A stretch of DNA of 64,000 nucleotides from Gnetum montanum (GCA_015680685.1 MNCI01001451.1:613228-677227), one strand, 5' to 3'. Numbered from the stretch's first letter, positions 38,260 to 51,447 are shown. The notes: generated from the letters alone by a model not told the origin. Numbers and translations are program-made.

Positions 38260-41200
38260 GTTGCATGAAGTAGTCCTTGAGATGTATGGTATTAAAAGGG
38301 AGCTTGAGCTCAATTCCATCCATTGCAGAGAGTTTATAGGTATCATCTAATACTTGTCATTTAATAATAAATGGACCTCATAATTTTGCCAAAAATTCAT
38401 TATTGTTGCCCTTATTTTTTAAATTCCATAATAAGATTAAATCACCTTCCCTAAATACTCTCATAATAGCACATCTATTAAACCATGTAATTTATCTCTA
38501 GCCTTTTCTATCTTTGCCTCTCTTCTAATCAGCAAAGATATAAGACTTCGATCTTTATCTGATTTGGTTCTATATTTTTAAACAAATTTTGAGGCTAAAA
38601 CTATGATTTTATTGGTTATCTGAGTAGTTGTGTCATAGACCAAATTGTAGGATGAAGTACAAATGGATTTCTTGTATCTTATGGAATCAATCCATAAAGC
38701 TAATGCTAAATATACATGCCTGTTTCCTAGACTTCCTTCCATTGATTTCTTGAGATAAGAAATAAGCTTCTTATTAATCAACTCTGCAAGGCCATTTCCA
38801 TATGGATAGTAATTGGAAGAAGAAAATAGAAGAATTAATTTCTCTAAGGTTCACTTAATAAACTTTTTAGAAATGAAATGTGAATCACTTATCCAAAACT
38901 AACACTTCTAGTATCTCAAATTGATTTAGTATACGAGTCTCCAAGAAATTAATCACATCATTAGTGAAACTTCTTCTCAAATCTTTTGCTTCCAACCATT
39001 TAGTAAAATAACTACTTGTGAAAATGAATTTATGCCCTATTCTTGAAGATGTAATGACTCCAATGAAGTTTAATTCCCATTGTTAAAAAGGTCTATCAAC
39101 AATCATTAGCTTTAAAGGAGCATTTACATTTCTTAACTTAGGGTTATGTACTTGACATTTGAAATAGTTTCAAGGAGCATTTACATTTCTTAACTTAGGG
39201 TTATGTACTTGACATTTGAAATAGTTTCATATTTTATCATTAATATCTTGATGCATGTTTGGCTAGTTAATCCATATCTCAACACATGCTACATTATGGA
39301 TTTTGGTTATTAATAGAATAATCTTGAATGATTATGAAATTGATCTAATATAAGTTTGATCTGATTATTTCTAATACATTATGGAAGTACTCCCTTAAAA
39401 TCTTTTATGAATAATATTTCATCTTTAACGATGAATTTATTTACCTTTTTAATAAATTTCATTTTTGACATTTTCTTAAATTCTCTAGTATTTTTATGAA
39501 AATAAGAAATTCAAGAATATCACCAAACTAGTTCTCTTTAGCAAAATTTAATACAAATGATCCAAGATCTCTATCCATAAGCTTAGCTATATCCATATCT
39601 TTTATTATTTCATAGGATTTGAGTGAGAATTTGAATTGCTAAATTTTTGTGATCCAATTTTTCCTTTTAAAGCTCATTTCATTTTGAGCTAGAAACTATC
39701 TAACATTTGGCCCTACAATCATGACATGAACTAAAAAATGCTCTAAATAGTATTTAAAGTGTATAAATATCTTAATCACTACATATGCCTACTTTTCTAA
39801 TTCTGTATAATTTTTCTCAGAACCTTTAAGTTGATACCTAAGAAACTTAATTGGATCATCTTCTCCATTACTTTTTTGAGTTAAGATGATAGAAATCAAG
39901 TCATTAAAAGCAAATGAATATAACCAAAAAACCTCCTTCAATTTTGGCTTAGTAAGATAAGGTGCTTCATTGATTGCTTCCTTGATCTCACTAAGAACTT
40001 TGATGGATTTTGGCATTTTTCTGACTTCACAATCTATTTTAAGAATTACTATTAATGGCTTGGTAATTTATGTGAAAACAAGTATAAACATTTTGATAAA
40101 ATTTATCTTTCCAAAGAAAGATCTAATAGATTTCTTATTTTTTAGATGTCTAATATGCTAAATTGCTCCAGTTCTTGAATATCAATAGCTATACCTCTTT
40201 AACATATGACATGGCCAAGAAGACTTCTATATTTTACTCCAAAAATAGTTTTCTTTGGATCAGAGATATATCAAACTTATGAAATCTATTAAAAATGTCT
40301 TGAAGATTATTGATATGGTTGTCCTTCCTACATGAATAGACAATAATATCATCAAGATATATAGCCATAAATTTACCAATAAGTCCTTTGAATGTGGTAT
40401 TCGTTACTCACTAAAATTTCACCCCAACATTAAAAAGACCAAAAGGCATCCTTCTAGAAGCAAATGTTTCCCATTTTTTGGTTAAAGATGTTTTGTTTCT
40501 ATCATCTTTATCAACCATGATCTAGTTATATCCTAAAACTCCATCTAATAGTGAATAGGTTTGACATCCTAAAACCTTGATTAACATTTCATTAATTATG
40601 GGAAGTGGATATCTATCTTTCTATGATGCCTCATTTAGATTTCTAAAATCAACACATAATCTATCTCCATTTTTCTTTCTTATGAGCACAAGATTAGCTA
40701 TCCACATAGAATATTAAATGGGATAAATAATCTTGGCCTACAATATCTTTTTAATTTCAAATTCCATTGCAAGTTCAAATATAGGATTAAATTTCCTTCC
40801 TTTTTTTATCTTCCCACTTTACAACCTTCAGTCATAAAACTCTTATGGGTAATTACATCAAGGTTGAAATTTTTCATATCATTGTATGACCAAGCAAAAA
40901 TTATCAAGGTTTTTCTTGAGTAACGACAATAATTTTTTCTTAAAAATAATGTCACTTTTTTTAGTTATGTTTAATATTCATTGATTATCTTCTTATCCCA
41001 AATTTATAATTTCATAAGCATGATCCTCAGGATTTTGAATCTCTAATCCTTTAATTAGTTTTTCATGAAGATTTTCTTCATAGTTGATAATTTCCTTTGA
41101 AATAAAATTAGATATGAGTTGAGTTGACATTTCATTGACTGACAAAATTTATTTTTTTTTAAATTGTCCCTATTTTTAGAAATTTGAAGATTTGTTGGTA

Positions 41201-42330
41201 ATCTTCAAAAACATGAAAATGTTCTACATTGTTAGGAACTGATGATTTATTCTCAATTTCTATAATAATTATTTTAAATATGATTATTTTTAAAGGATCT
41301 AGATTAGATGCAACCATAGCCAGTTCATCAACTAGTTGATTTTCACTTTTATGAATGTGTATAATCTTGCATTTTTAAAACTTTCTTATGAGATCGAATG
41401 CATGTTATTTGCATGATGTTAGAAATGAAGTTTTGATCACACAAGTTCCATTAATTTGTTCACTAGTAAGTTTTAAATTATCTTTGATACTTATTCCTTT
41501 TACACCCTCTTCTAAAGCTATCTTAATTTTGATACACAAAGCTTCATATTCTACCTTATTATTAGTCCATGGGAATGACAACTAAATAGCCTTGAAAACC
41601 TTTCAAGAATCTTCTTGAATTCAAATAATACCAACTCCAGCTCCTTTCAAGTTACATGAACCATCAAAGTATAATTCTTATTTTTCATCTTCTAATCATT
41701 CTAACTATTTTAAAATAGGAATTTCTCTTATAAAACCTACTTCTACTAAAATTTCTTTAGTTTCAATGAAGTTGTTCCCACCATTGAATGTAACATTCTT
41801 TAGCATGAAGAGTTCAGTCTATATATAAATTTGATTTGATTCTCTTGTCCATGGTAATCACATATGTGAATAATAAGTTGCTATATATCTTGAAAATTTT
41901 TTTCTCTACCTTCAACTTAAAAGAAGACTATATGAGTTTGGAATATTTGCTATTTGGATCATTACTGTACTTTTCATACAAGGGTCAAAAACTAGTTGGA
42001 GTAAGACATTCTCTAACTATCCCATAATTTTTAGTCTACTTTTATCCACTTGAACAATCTTCTTATTTGATTGTTCTAGCATTAGACCTAGTTGTTTACA
42101 TATTAACAATGGAATTTAGGTTGAAGCAACTCTTAAATCAATTAAAAAATTATACAGATACCTTTCATTTAACTTGATTGTTATAAGGAAAGTAGGGGAT
42201 TCTTTATCAAGTATACATAAATATTTTGATTTAATCTTATCTTCATTGCACATAAAATTTTCCTTAGATATCCTACTTTCCTTTTTTCCTTTTAACATGT
42301 TCAAGACTTTCTTTTGATAGCTACCCATTT
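38260..42330 (-). pseudogene. pol: Element D pol: PROT (about 41900-42200), aRH (41330-41690), RT (40050-40900), RH (39600-40000), INT (38260-39330)
   Basis: FLIDLRVAST; YFDGSCNLKGAGVGII; MPFGLFNVG and IYLDDIIV; NYTELEK; SSSNYYPYGNGLAE. Confidence 0.92.
39116..39229. repeat. Perfect 57-bp tandem duplication
   Basis: aggagcatttacatttcttaacttagggttatgtacttgacatttgaaatagtttca occurs twice. Confidence 0.95.
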
Positions 42331-42337
42331 GGAATAA

Positions 42338-43620
42338 TTAAAAAATACTTATATTAGCTTTGATGAATTTAAGATCTTCTATTAAATCATATTTCTTTTC
42401 ATCATAAAATTTCTTTCTTCTATGCCATTGAGCATTCAAAGAATTTCCTTGAGAGTTTTCATCTTCTTTATTGTCTTTTTGATTATTCTTTTCTTTTTCT
42501 TTTATTTCAAAAGCCTTTTGCATAGTATTAGATCCATCATTATTAGAATCTAATATTTTAACCTCATGGCATCTATGTTTTTTGTGGTTTTTCTCTTTCT
42601 TAATCTTCACTTTAGCTAAATCCTCTTCTAAATTTATGACTTTATTTGACATATCCTTAAGTAATTTTCCTTTCTCTTGATTCTTTTCTTAATCTTGTAA
42701 ATCTATACTTGATTCTTTACTTATTGAAGGAAGCATATTGAACTAAGTTATATTATGTAAGGGGACTAAGATTTTTGTTTGTTATTTGAGGGCTACATGA
42801 TTTCACTATTGATTAAATTTAATTATTTTTCCAATTAAATAGCTTCAATGAATAAATCATTTAAAGTATTTAAATTTGGAGTTCATCTCAACCAGATTGA
42901 AGTCTATGGATTAACAACATTCAAATTTGTATCTTCAAGAACTTGGTCTAATGGCCTATAATTTTCTTAAAATAATCCATAAATTCTTTGGAATTTAATA
43001 TTGAATTCTATAACTAATTCCTTTATATTCTCTTTTGATTGAACTAATCCAAAGTACAACTATTGTTGATCAATCTGATTACCAAGCTCATCTATGAATA
43101 GATTCCTCATATCATACTAGCTCATGATACTATCATTTAGCAAATTGAAATACCAAAATTTATCCATATATCTTAGGTTTTCTAAAAACATCTTACAAGC
43201 TTGGTATTGATGTTGGACATTTGCATGTGCTAATGCTAACTCAAATAAATGAACATACTCTTCAACCAAGTAAGTATTTTCAAGGATATAAGGCTAGAGT
43301 AAATATCTATAAACTACCTTAGGCATATCATGTTAATTAGGGAATCTCAGAGTTGTGGCTACTTGCCAAGTATTTATTGGTGGATGGCTCACCATATTGA
43401 GATTTCTTCTAAGTATTAAATGCCTATAATTCCTCATATAATCATAAAGACTAGTAAACTTGATAAAAGAGGTAAACTTCTAGTCCTTCTAATTTTGATT
43501 CCACTACTTATTCTTACCTCACAAACTCTTTCTTTCTCTTCTTTTGATGAAGAATCAATCTTATAATTTGAATGCTCCTTAGGAACTTCAAATTATATAA
43601 ATTTATTAGGATGTTCAATC
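42338..43620 (-). pseudogene. gag: Element D gag
   Basis: HDMPK...EEYVHLFELALAHANVQHQYQACKMFLENL...WYFNLLNDSIMS; YDLIEDLKFIKANISIF. Confidence 0.82.
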
Positions 43621-43647
43621 ATGAATAGAGTAATAGCTTAATTCATG

Positions 43648-43664
43648 CCCTCCTTCTAGTGCCA
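43648..43664 (-). promoter_or_regulatory. PBS, tRNA-Asn, element D
   Basis: Reverse complement TGGCACTAGAAGGAGGG, complementary to the plant tRNA-Asn 3' end (CCCTCCTTCTAGCGCCA) with 1 mismatch. Confidence 0.88.
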
Positions 43665-43672
43665 AAAAGAAC

Positions 43673-46600
43673 TATTGGTGACTACTTTGAACTTCCATTT
43701 TTAATACCAACATTATTAACCCTAATTTGGAAACTAAAATCTCTTAGGATACCTCCAAATAAAACTAAGTGTCTTAAAAAATAGCTATGTGTAAAATAAA
43801 TAATGTTTCTAGATGATCCAGCTTATTGAATCTATCTCATGAGCAAAACAAATATATGTTTTTTACTAGTATCTAGTCTGTAAAGTCACAGCTAAACAAT
43901 AATAAAATTATTCACTTTTTTATTTTTATATAAAAGTGTAATTTAATAAATCTATATCCAAATTTTTCTTAGAGGGATTTCTATAAGAAAATTAGAAATA
44001 GAGCAAGCTTTAATGGTTTAGCACTAAGGGCTATCAAATTGCATGAAACTTAAAGCATAAAAATGTGCCAACATAGTGTTGAATGAATACTTAAGGAATA
44101 AAGCTATTTAAATCATTCTCTGATAATAAGAAATATTCAACTCTCAATATAAAAAGTAATTGAATATATTCAAAAAGAAAAATACAAGTATTGAATACTT
44201 TAAACTTTTAGCTAGGCAATTTGCAAAAGACATAAATGACTTAGATAACTCACAAGAAAAAAAATTAGTTGGAAATGAAACTTCATAATGTCATTATATT
44301 TCCTCTAAAAAAATCATCCTCTAATCTTCTTTTTCTTTACAAAAGGATCCTTCCCTTGATATAACAAGATAGAAGTGATTCAGTTAAAATGATAAAGAAG
44401 TTGTACAAACAGTTATTGAAACTCAGTACTGGTAGCTCTTTTATCAAAAGTATTTTTAATAAACCATAATTTTGCTAACTACTACTAAATCTTTGCCATT
44501 GTCAATTTTTTTCCTAGGATTCTTAAATATGTTCATCCTCTCTTTGGACCAAATGCTTTTAGTAACTCTGTTTATATAACAATGATAGTTCTTTGGGAAT
44601 TTCATTTTTTCTAGCACCAAAAAATGATTATGCTATTTTTTCTCCTAACTAATCATCATCACTTAGTTTTGTGGTGCTAATCGCATTAGTTGTGTTCTTT
44701 TCACATTTTTGGATGTCCTAAAATGTCATATCCAAATCTTCCCTTGCTTTTTCAATCCACTAAACTCTATTCATGTCATCATTCATTACATCATCAAGAA
44801 ATGGAGCCTCTTATTTAGTCAACTAAACCCTCCTTGTATTAGTCCAGTCCATGAATTCAACAGTTTTTGCTACAACTTGCTTAAAGAACTCTCTCTTGCC
44901 CTTGAATTCATTTATTTTAGCCAAAACCACTTCTTCTTATTTCTTCATGGCCATTAATTCATTCATAAAAAATTTTGAAACTAGCCTCATGCTTTAAATT
45001 ATCAACCAAAGCTTTGTTATCCTTTTTTTTTTTCAACCGATTCTTGTTGTAATTCTTCATTTTCCATTTCCATAGCTTCTATACAAGCTTTACCTAAGAA
45101 ATCCTTATATGATCTTCATATTTTCTTTTAAGAATTTTTAATTCTAACTACATTGAATAATGCTAAATTTTCAATCTATCAATTTCCTACTGCTAATATC
45201 TGATGACCTTGTTGGTAGTTTTTGAATAGTCTACAATAATAGTTAATATATTTTTTGTTAGTTCATGATGTGTCATGGCCATTTTTATTTTGTCTATTTA
45301 TTGATTTATACTTTTATATTGGAATATAATAGAGTCTTCAAGTCCTAGCATCTCTAGATGTTTTTGTTTAACAAGTAGCTTTCCTTCAATAGTCTTTACT
45401 TTCTTTGATTTTGATTATTCCTTGATGATGTATCCTAATGAAAAATAAATTAATGTAAAGGTCTTCTAAGATGTCAAAGCAGTAGTACCAATTGTGACTA
45501 TATCTAAAGATGGCACATCTTTTTTAAGCTGCATGCTTTCTTACTGGAGAGTGATGTCAATTGCTTTATTCTTTGATCTTTTATTTCAAGATATCAAGAG
45601 AAGGCTTCTCGATCTAAAGCTTTATTATCTCTATCAATTTTCCAAGAGAAATAATTTTCTTTGATTTTATTCAATTTCTCCTGATTGAACCTTTTGGTCA
45701 AAATGTGATCAATATTCCAAAATCATCTACTAGCCAATAGTTCCTTCCCTGTGCATTGCTCTTCTGGAAAAATGATGGATAAAGTTCTAAGTTTACCCTT
45801 TTCTTACTACTTGATCATATTTATCAATCCATCATTCAATAAATGATAAATAATGTTATTTTCTTAGTGATAATGCACCTTTCTGAAATCCTTATTAAGG
45901 TTAAAGAATCTATGTTGTACCTCTATTAACATTCCCCTTTCAAATTTGGTCTTTATGTTCATCACGTGAGGGATGTTCTTAAAATGCCAAATGTCAATTT
46001 GTAGCAAACAAATTGGCCAACTATGTAGTCATGTCATAATGAGATATTCTATATTTACCTTCACACCTCTAGGACTACTAGATAGGGAGCTAGAGATCAT
46101 AGTAATTTCCTTGTCCTCCCTTCAAATCCTTCTATAATAATCTTTGTATAATGGACATGAAAAAAGACTCATCCTTTGCACTTAATCCTTATTTCATCTA
46201 TCACAACTTGCTTGATCCTTGGTATAGCTCTATTTGTTAAGAACTGATACAAGACTAGATAAACAATGTTCATATAGAATTCAATGGTTTGAGCATCCAA
46301 ATAATCCTTATGATATATAATAGGATAAAAATCATAATAGGTCCATCTTTTGTTAGTTTGTCCTTCCATAGTATATGAGAAAAAATAGGTCTAAACCTTT
46401 TGGAGCTTGGGACTATGGCCAAAACATGATCCAATAAAAAGGAACTCATGTTGAATTGGGTGTTATTGGTCATGGTTTCTACTATTTTTGCCTATAAGTA
46501 ACCGTTCATAAAATAAACTTGGTGCAAGGTTTTGTTATTCTCAATAATAGGTCAAACTTTCAAATGTTAGGCTGAAAAAAGGATACATTAAAGTCCAAAT

Positions 46601-47637
46601 AGATATGTAAAGTGGAAATAAAAATACAATGATGAAACCTAAGTTCATTGAACCTAGAAAAAATCTTTCTATAGCCAAAAAATATAGAGAAGCTTAATCT
46701 GGTTAGATGCAATTCTTGCCCACACTAATATAATATTCCCTACAATTGTTGCAATTTTCTCATTTCAAGTATCTTGTTTAGAATGATTGTGTAGAGAAAT
46801 GTCATATAATTCATAGCTTCAATTGCCACTAATATTTATCATATGTTTTGGGCTCAGCTTAAACTTCAAATAGTTCCTACTATATTCTATCTCATAGAAA
46901 ATCCAATTGATAACATCTCAAACTAAATTCTCCCTAGGTCTAAAGCTAATTTTTTGCATACCCATATATCATTAAAAAGTTCTTCATTCATGCTCTTTGC
47001 CAAATTTCTCAATGTGGAACCACTAAAAATAATAATAATCAGTATCATGGTACAAAATTAGTTGTAGGTCCTCGATGGTTATTTTGAATAACTTTATATT
47101 GTCAAATAGTTGTGCATGATTTATGTGGATTTTGTAAAAACTTCTTTGCAGTAGTATGAGAAATGATATCAACATAAGGACTTATATATCATCAAGAAAG
47201 ATTATAAATGCAACCTTCTTTGAGATGCCTTTAGATTTTGCCATTAAGTCTTTCTATCAACATACTATGAATCCCACTTTTCTTGGTCTTAGGGCTACAT
47301 GAGCCATTTTATTTTAAAAATATTTGCTTGATTGTTATCAAGTGGCAATTTCCTTATCCTTTGATGAAAAAATTGGTTTCATCCAATTTTGGATGTGGGA
47401 TAACAATTCCTTTTTTTTTCATGCAACTATTTTATTCACATATCATAGGCCAATTCAGATATCTTCCACTGCATTGAAACTTAAATTTTGGCCTTTTTAG
47501 ATAGAAGTTTGTTCGAGAATTTCTATTTGATCTTTGAAATGGAAAAAATGTGGTTGATCCTAATAGTGAATTGAAAAAAAAATGATGATCATTCCATTTT
47601 GGTTCTAACATACTAATAGTCTAGGAAATGGGATAAA
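43673..47637 (-). repeat. 5' LTR of element D (partial, at least 3.96 kb)
   Basis: Adjacent to the PBS; collinear with 23112-24057 plus 32230-35140; homology stops abruptly near 47637. Confidence 0.85.
44200..47244 (-). pseudogene. LTR-embedded cargo ORF of element D, 5' LTR copy (~1000 codons, disrupted)
   Basis: ATG at 47244; MQKISFRPRENLV*DVINWIFYEIEYSRNYLKF; FNMSSFLLDHVL; YDFYPIIYHKDYLDAQTIEF; coiled coil; C-terminal FIKNTFDKRAT...ITSILLYQGKD. Confidence 0.75.
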
Positions 47638-48260
47638 GCATGATTAAGGTGTTATTAACCCATTGTTCCAAGATCAGGACCAAGTCCATTCCTCTGATCA
47701 GTGACATCGCATTGTTTCATCTCATGATGAGAAACTAAGAGAGTACCATAACAACAAGGTGTACGATCACTTGGTATTTAGTTCAAGAGAGGAGTGATTT
47801 TTGCTTTGTGGGACTTCCTTTTTCTTCTTTCCTATTCTTTTTCTTTTCTTCTCTTTTTTTCGATTGCTGAATCTAGAGAAGCCACCAACTGTCAGGCATG
47901 GGTGCATGTCTTTCTAGTGGGACCCCCTAGAACAGCATTGGATTTTTAAGTGCCCTTTTGATTACTCTTACTCTCATTTTTCGTTAGATCTACAAGGATC
48001 TTAGTATAACCATGTTGCATGATAACTTCCACAGACGTCACCAAAGAGAATCCACAAGTCCCCTTGATGTCACACCCTAATCATNATAATTGATCTTTCG
48101 AGACTCGATAACATAGAACACACCTCAACCAATGAGCCACATGAGTGTTTTATTCGTAGATGAGATTACTTATAAAAAGATAAAAAGATAAAATAAGAAA
48201 TTGAAAAATGAAAAATTGGAAAACAAAAATTGTAAAATTAAAGAAAATGAAAAATATATA

Positions 48261-50015
48261 TTAATCATTCTTGTAATTAAAATGGGGGATATCCCCCATA
48301 ACTAAACGGTTGAGCATGGCAAGGATTAATAAACGAAAGATGAGGATCCTTGCATGGTGGAAACATTGACACTCGGTCATACTTACCCCATTGGGGTTCA
48401 CACACTTGATTATAGTAAACATAGTGGGGTAATTTATGAGATGTGGTTCCTGGATAAACAGTTGACCCACTATGATATCTGGGACCGTAAGATGGTATGC
48501 AAGGATTAGGATGTCACCCTCCATGGCTGTGTTCATTGGGCCATATGGTTGTTGGAGTGTGAGTTGATGGCCTTGATGAGGTGACATAAGGCGTTGGATT
48601 CGAAGGGAAGGGTGCACCACAATGTTGGACTTGTGCTGAGTTGGAGCATGCAATGGCCTTGGAATTGTGTTGTCCCTTCTTATGGTCATGTCTAAAGAAG
48701 GGACGCCTTCGATGTTGAGGAGGTCTCTCACTGCTGTTAGTAATATTAGCACAAGTGACGTTCGTGGGTTGTTATTGTGGTGTAGACACCTTAGGAATAG
48801 TTGGTGGTGATGTAGGAGGGAAAGGATGAGAATGTTGAAAATTAGGAGAAGTTTAAGGCGGTGGTTGTGCTAAAGACATGGGCTAATAGTATTAAGGAGA
48901 AGGATAATGCGGTGAGATAGAGTATGTTGGCCTAGTTGGAGAAATAGGGTATTGGACTAGATAAGCATTTGGATTCGGATGATATGAAGGGTGTCTCCAG
49001 TTTAGGGGTGGCTTCCCCCACAACTGGGATTGTTGCCACTGTGATTGAACACAGTATCTCTGTACGAAATTGGGATGTAACGTGCTTCCCCAATGCTCAT
49101 ATAGATGTAACAGGATTGGGCATTGACCCTTGGGGTGATCGTACAGGCAAATGGTGCATTCATACATGTGATTGGTAGTTGAGCTCTTATTTTCCTTATC
49201 CCTTCTTTCTGATTGTCTCCTAATACTTTGTCCTACTTATTGGATTGTCAAAACTCTATCTCCAATGATATCAATATATTCTCCACACTTTTTATATGTC
49301 CATTCCAACATCTAATTGTTGTGTTGGAAAAGAGGATTCTTCCACCTTAAGATTAGTTGATTTCTCCTCTTGGTGATTATGGACCTTTGTTAAGTTGAGA
49401 CTTTGGTCCCATTGATGTTTTTCAACACTCTCCCATCTAGCCATTTCTCCTTCTTCTTTTACTACCTGCTTAATAAGCTCTTGAACTTGATGGGTTCATA
49501 GTTCGTATAGTTGACCTTGGGCATACATCCCTAGGGTCTCTCTTGTTTCATCACAGAGCCCATCAATGATATGATACGTTAGACTTTCCTCAGAGAATTC
49601 ATGGTCTGGACAGTTGTTTAATAGTGCATGATATCTTTCTAAGGCTATGTAAGGGTTCATGTTATGCTTGTTTCCATCCTTGGATTTGTTTCTTCAAGGT
49701 TGACACTCTTGCGTAGGTTTGATATTTTTCGTTAAAGACTTCTACCATTGTTGACCAATGTTGTATTGAATTTGGTTTTAACGATCTATACCATACTTTT
49801 GCTTGGTTAACGAGTGTCATAGGAAAGAGCTTAATTTTTTGCCACCCATTATCAATGGTGTTCCATGTGCAAGCATCGTAGAAGGCTTGTAAATGTTGAT
49901 GCAGATCTAAGTCATACCCTCCTAAAAATTTGGGAAAGTTGTTTAAATCGAGCCTGAGTAGACGGCTCTCTTTATGATGCCTACAGGAGATTCGACTAGC
50001 CTCTTGTATTTGCAT
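48261..50015 (-). pseudogene. gag: Athila-like gag with CCHC and Pro-rich tail
   Basis: FPKFLGGYDLDLHQHLQAFYDAC...KIKLFPMTLVNQAKVWYRSLKPNSIQHWSTMVEVFNEKY; CTICLYDHPKGQC. Confidence 0.85.
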
Positions 50016-50341
50016 TAAGCTTGTAGTGACAAATAGGGGTTCATCATCATCAGGTAAGTTATGCTTTCATGTGTTGGGATGACATTGCTTTTGTTCATGT
50101 TTATAAGAAACCCCCACTTCAGGTTGTGTACTCCAATCTTCATTGTCATATAGTTTGTTGGTTCTCCAATGAACTTCCTCACTAGGTGTGGCGTTATTAT
50201 CATCTTATAGGAGAGGCATGATTTTGAAGTTATGTGTGAATTTATGTGTGACTTTTTATAATTATTTCTTTCTAACAGATATATCGTTAAGTCCTTTACA
50301 GTGGCCTTGTATGATATAACTAATCTAGATAACTAGCACCA

Positions 50342-50359
50342 TCCCTAGCAACAGTGCCA
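50342..50359 (-). promoter_or_regulatory. PBS, tRNA-Asp type (Athila)
   Basis: Reverse complement TGGCACTGTTGCTAGGGA resembles TGGCGCCGTTGCCGGGGA with transition changes. Confidence 0.8.
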
Positions 50360-50360
50360 A

Positions 50361-51235
50361 TGATGAGTGACGAGGTACCCCTACACTCAACCATACGAAT
50401 ATGAGTGTTCACGTGCGATTCGGTTGAACTCCGTAGATAGGCTAGTCGTGGTATCTAGATAGTTACACGTTGATCACAGTTCGTTGTCTTCCCACCTAGA
50501 CTAGTATTTTCTTTGTCATGTATGGTTTAGTCCAGAGTGAGGCATATGATGTGATCCTAAATTAGTGCTACTCCTAGAGACAATGGAAAATAATCTTGAT
50601 CAAACTGAGTAATAGTAAATGAAGTCTAAACTAACCTAAGTGTAATGAGCATATGTTCCTTAATCATCTGTACACATCTTGGACCTCGTGCATGACTACT
50701 ATAGGGATTACCAAGCGTAGATCCTAGGTATGCTACTAGGTTACCAAGTAGTCACACTTAAATGCTCGTGATTAAGTCGTACTCATTCTACATTTAACAA
50801 CAGGAATAGTAAATGATGATAAAGAAATATTAACTAAGACAACAATAAATAACAATAAAAATTAAATAATTAAAACTAAGTAAATGCTGTAATGATGAAG
50901 TAATCACGATATTTATTGCCGATCATGTGCGTGTCCAAGTACGTCACACTCAAATAAAGGTTCCATACAATTACAAGCATCACATTGCGGACATGCACTT
51001 GGGAAAATATTTTATCTCCTGTGGGAACAAACTGCAAGAGCTTCACTACAACTAACTCCAAGGTACCTAGGTGTGGCGGAGGGCCACTTATTTATAAGCT
51101 AAAATAGGCCCTGCGTAAATGGGGCCACATCGATGCATGGAGGGATACGTCGACGGGGCTGCATCGACACGGTCGCATATACAAGGCCCCGTACACATGG
51201 CCTAGTCAACGCAAGGACTAATTGATACTTCATCA
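50361..51235 (-). repeat. Athila-like 5' LTR (~875 bp)
   Basis: TGATG and CATCA termini; adjacent PBS. Confidence 0.75.
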
Positions 51236-51430
51236 CAAGGGAACCAATAACAGGATCTAGTCTACACCAACTGGTTTGTAGACAATGCCTACATTGGCCT
51301 AAGATCTAGCTATTGCATGAGGCATGTCCATAGGGGTGTTGGATCTAGGCTAGCCTAGAAAAAGCATCGGTGAAGTATAGAGCACATGAGGTAACAACTA
51401 ATGGAGTTTGAAATAAGGAAATAGATCTGG

Positions 51431-51447
51431 CCCTCCTTCTAGTGCGA
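51431..51447 (-). promoter_or_regulatory. Degenerate tRNA-Asn PBS of a second family-B element
   Basis: ccctccttctagtgcga next to the LTR end at 51455. Confidence 0.75.

Larger units (their letters stand above)
23112..47640 (-). mobile_element. Element D: TatII-type Ty3/gypsy retrotransposon (gag-PROT-aRH-RT-RH-INT) with very long LTRs; 5' LTR truncated at ~47640
   Basis: Direct repeats start at 23112 (TGTTGGCGAACAC) and 43673 (TATTGGTGACTAC) and are collinear for ~4 kb; tRNA-Asn PBS; all pol domains present. Confidence 0.88.
47641..51235 (-). mobile_element. Athila-like element, gag only, 3' end missing
   Basis: 5' LTR 50361-51235 (TGATG...CATCA), tRNA-Asp-type PBS, Athila-type gag, no pol before 47641. 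Confidence 0.8.

Noticed and set aside
43648-43664. tRNA-Asn gene
   Set aside because: Only the 3'-terminal 17 nt are present, next to an LTR; it is a PBS (same at 51431)
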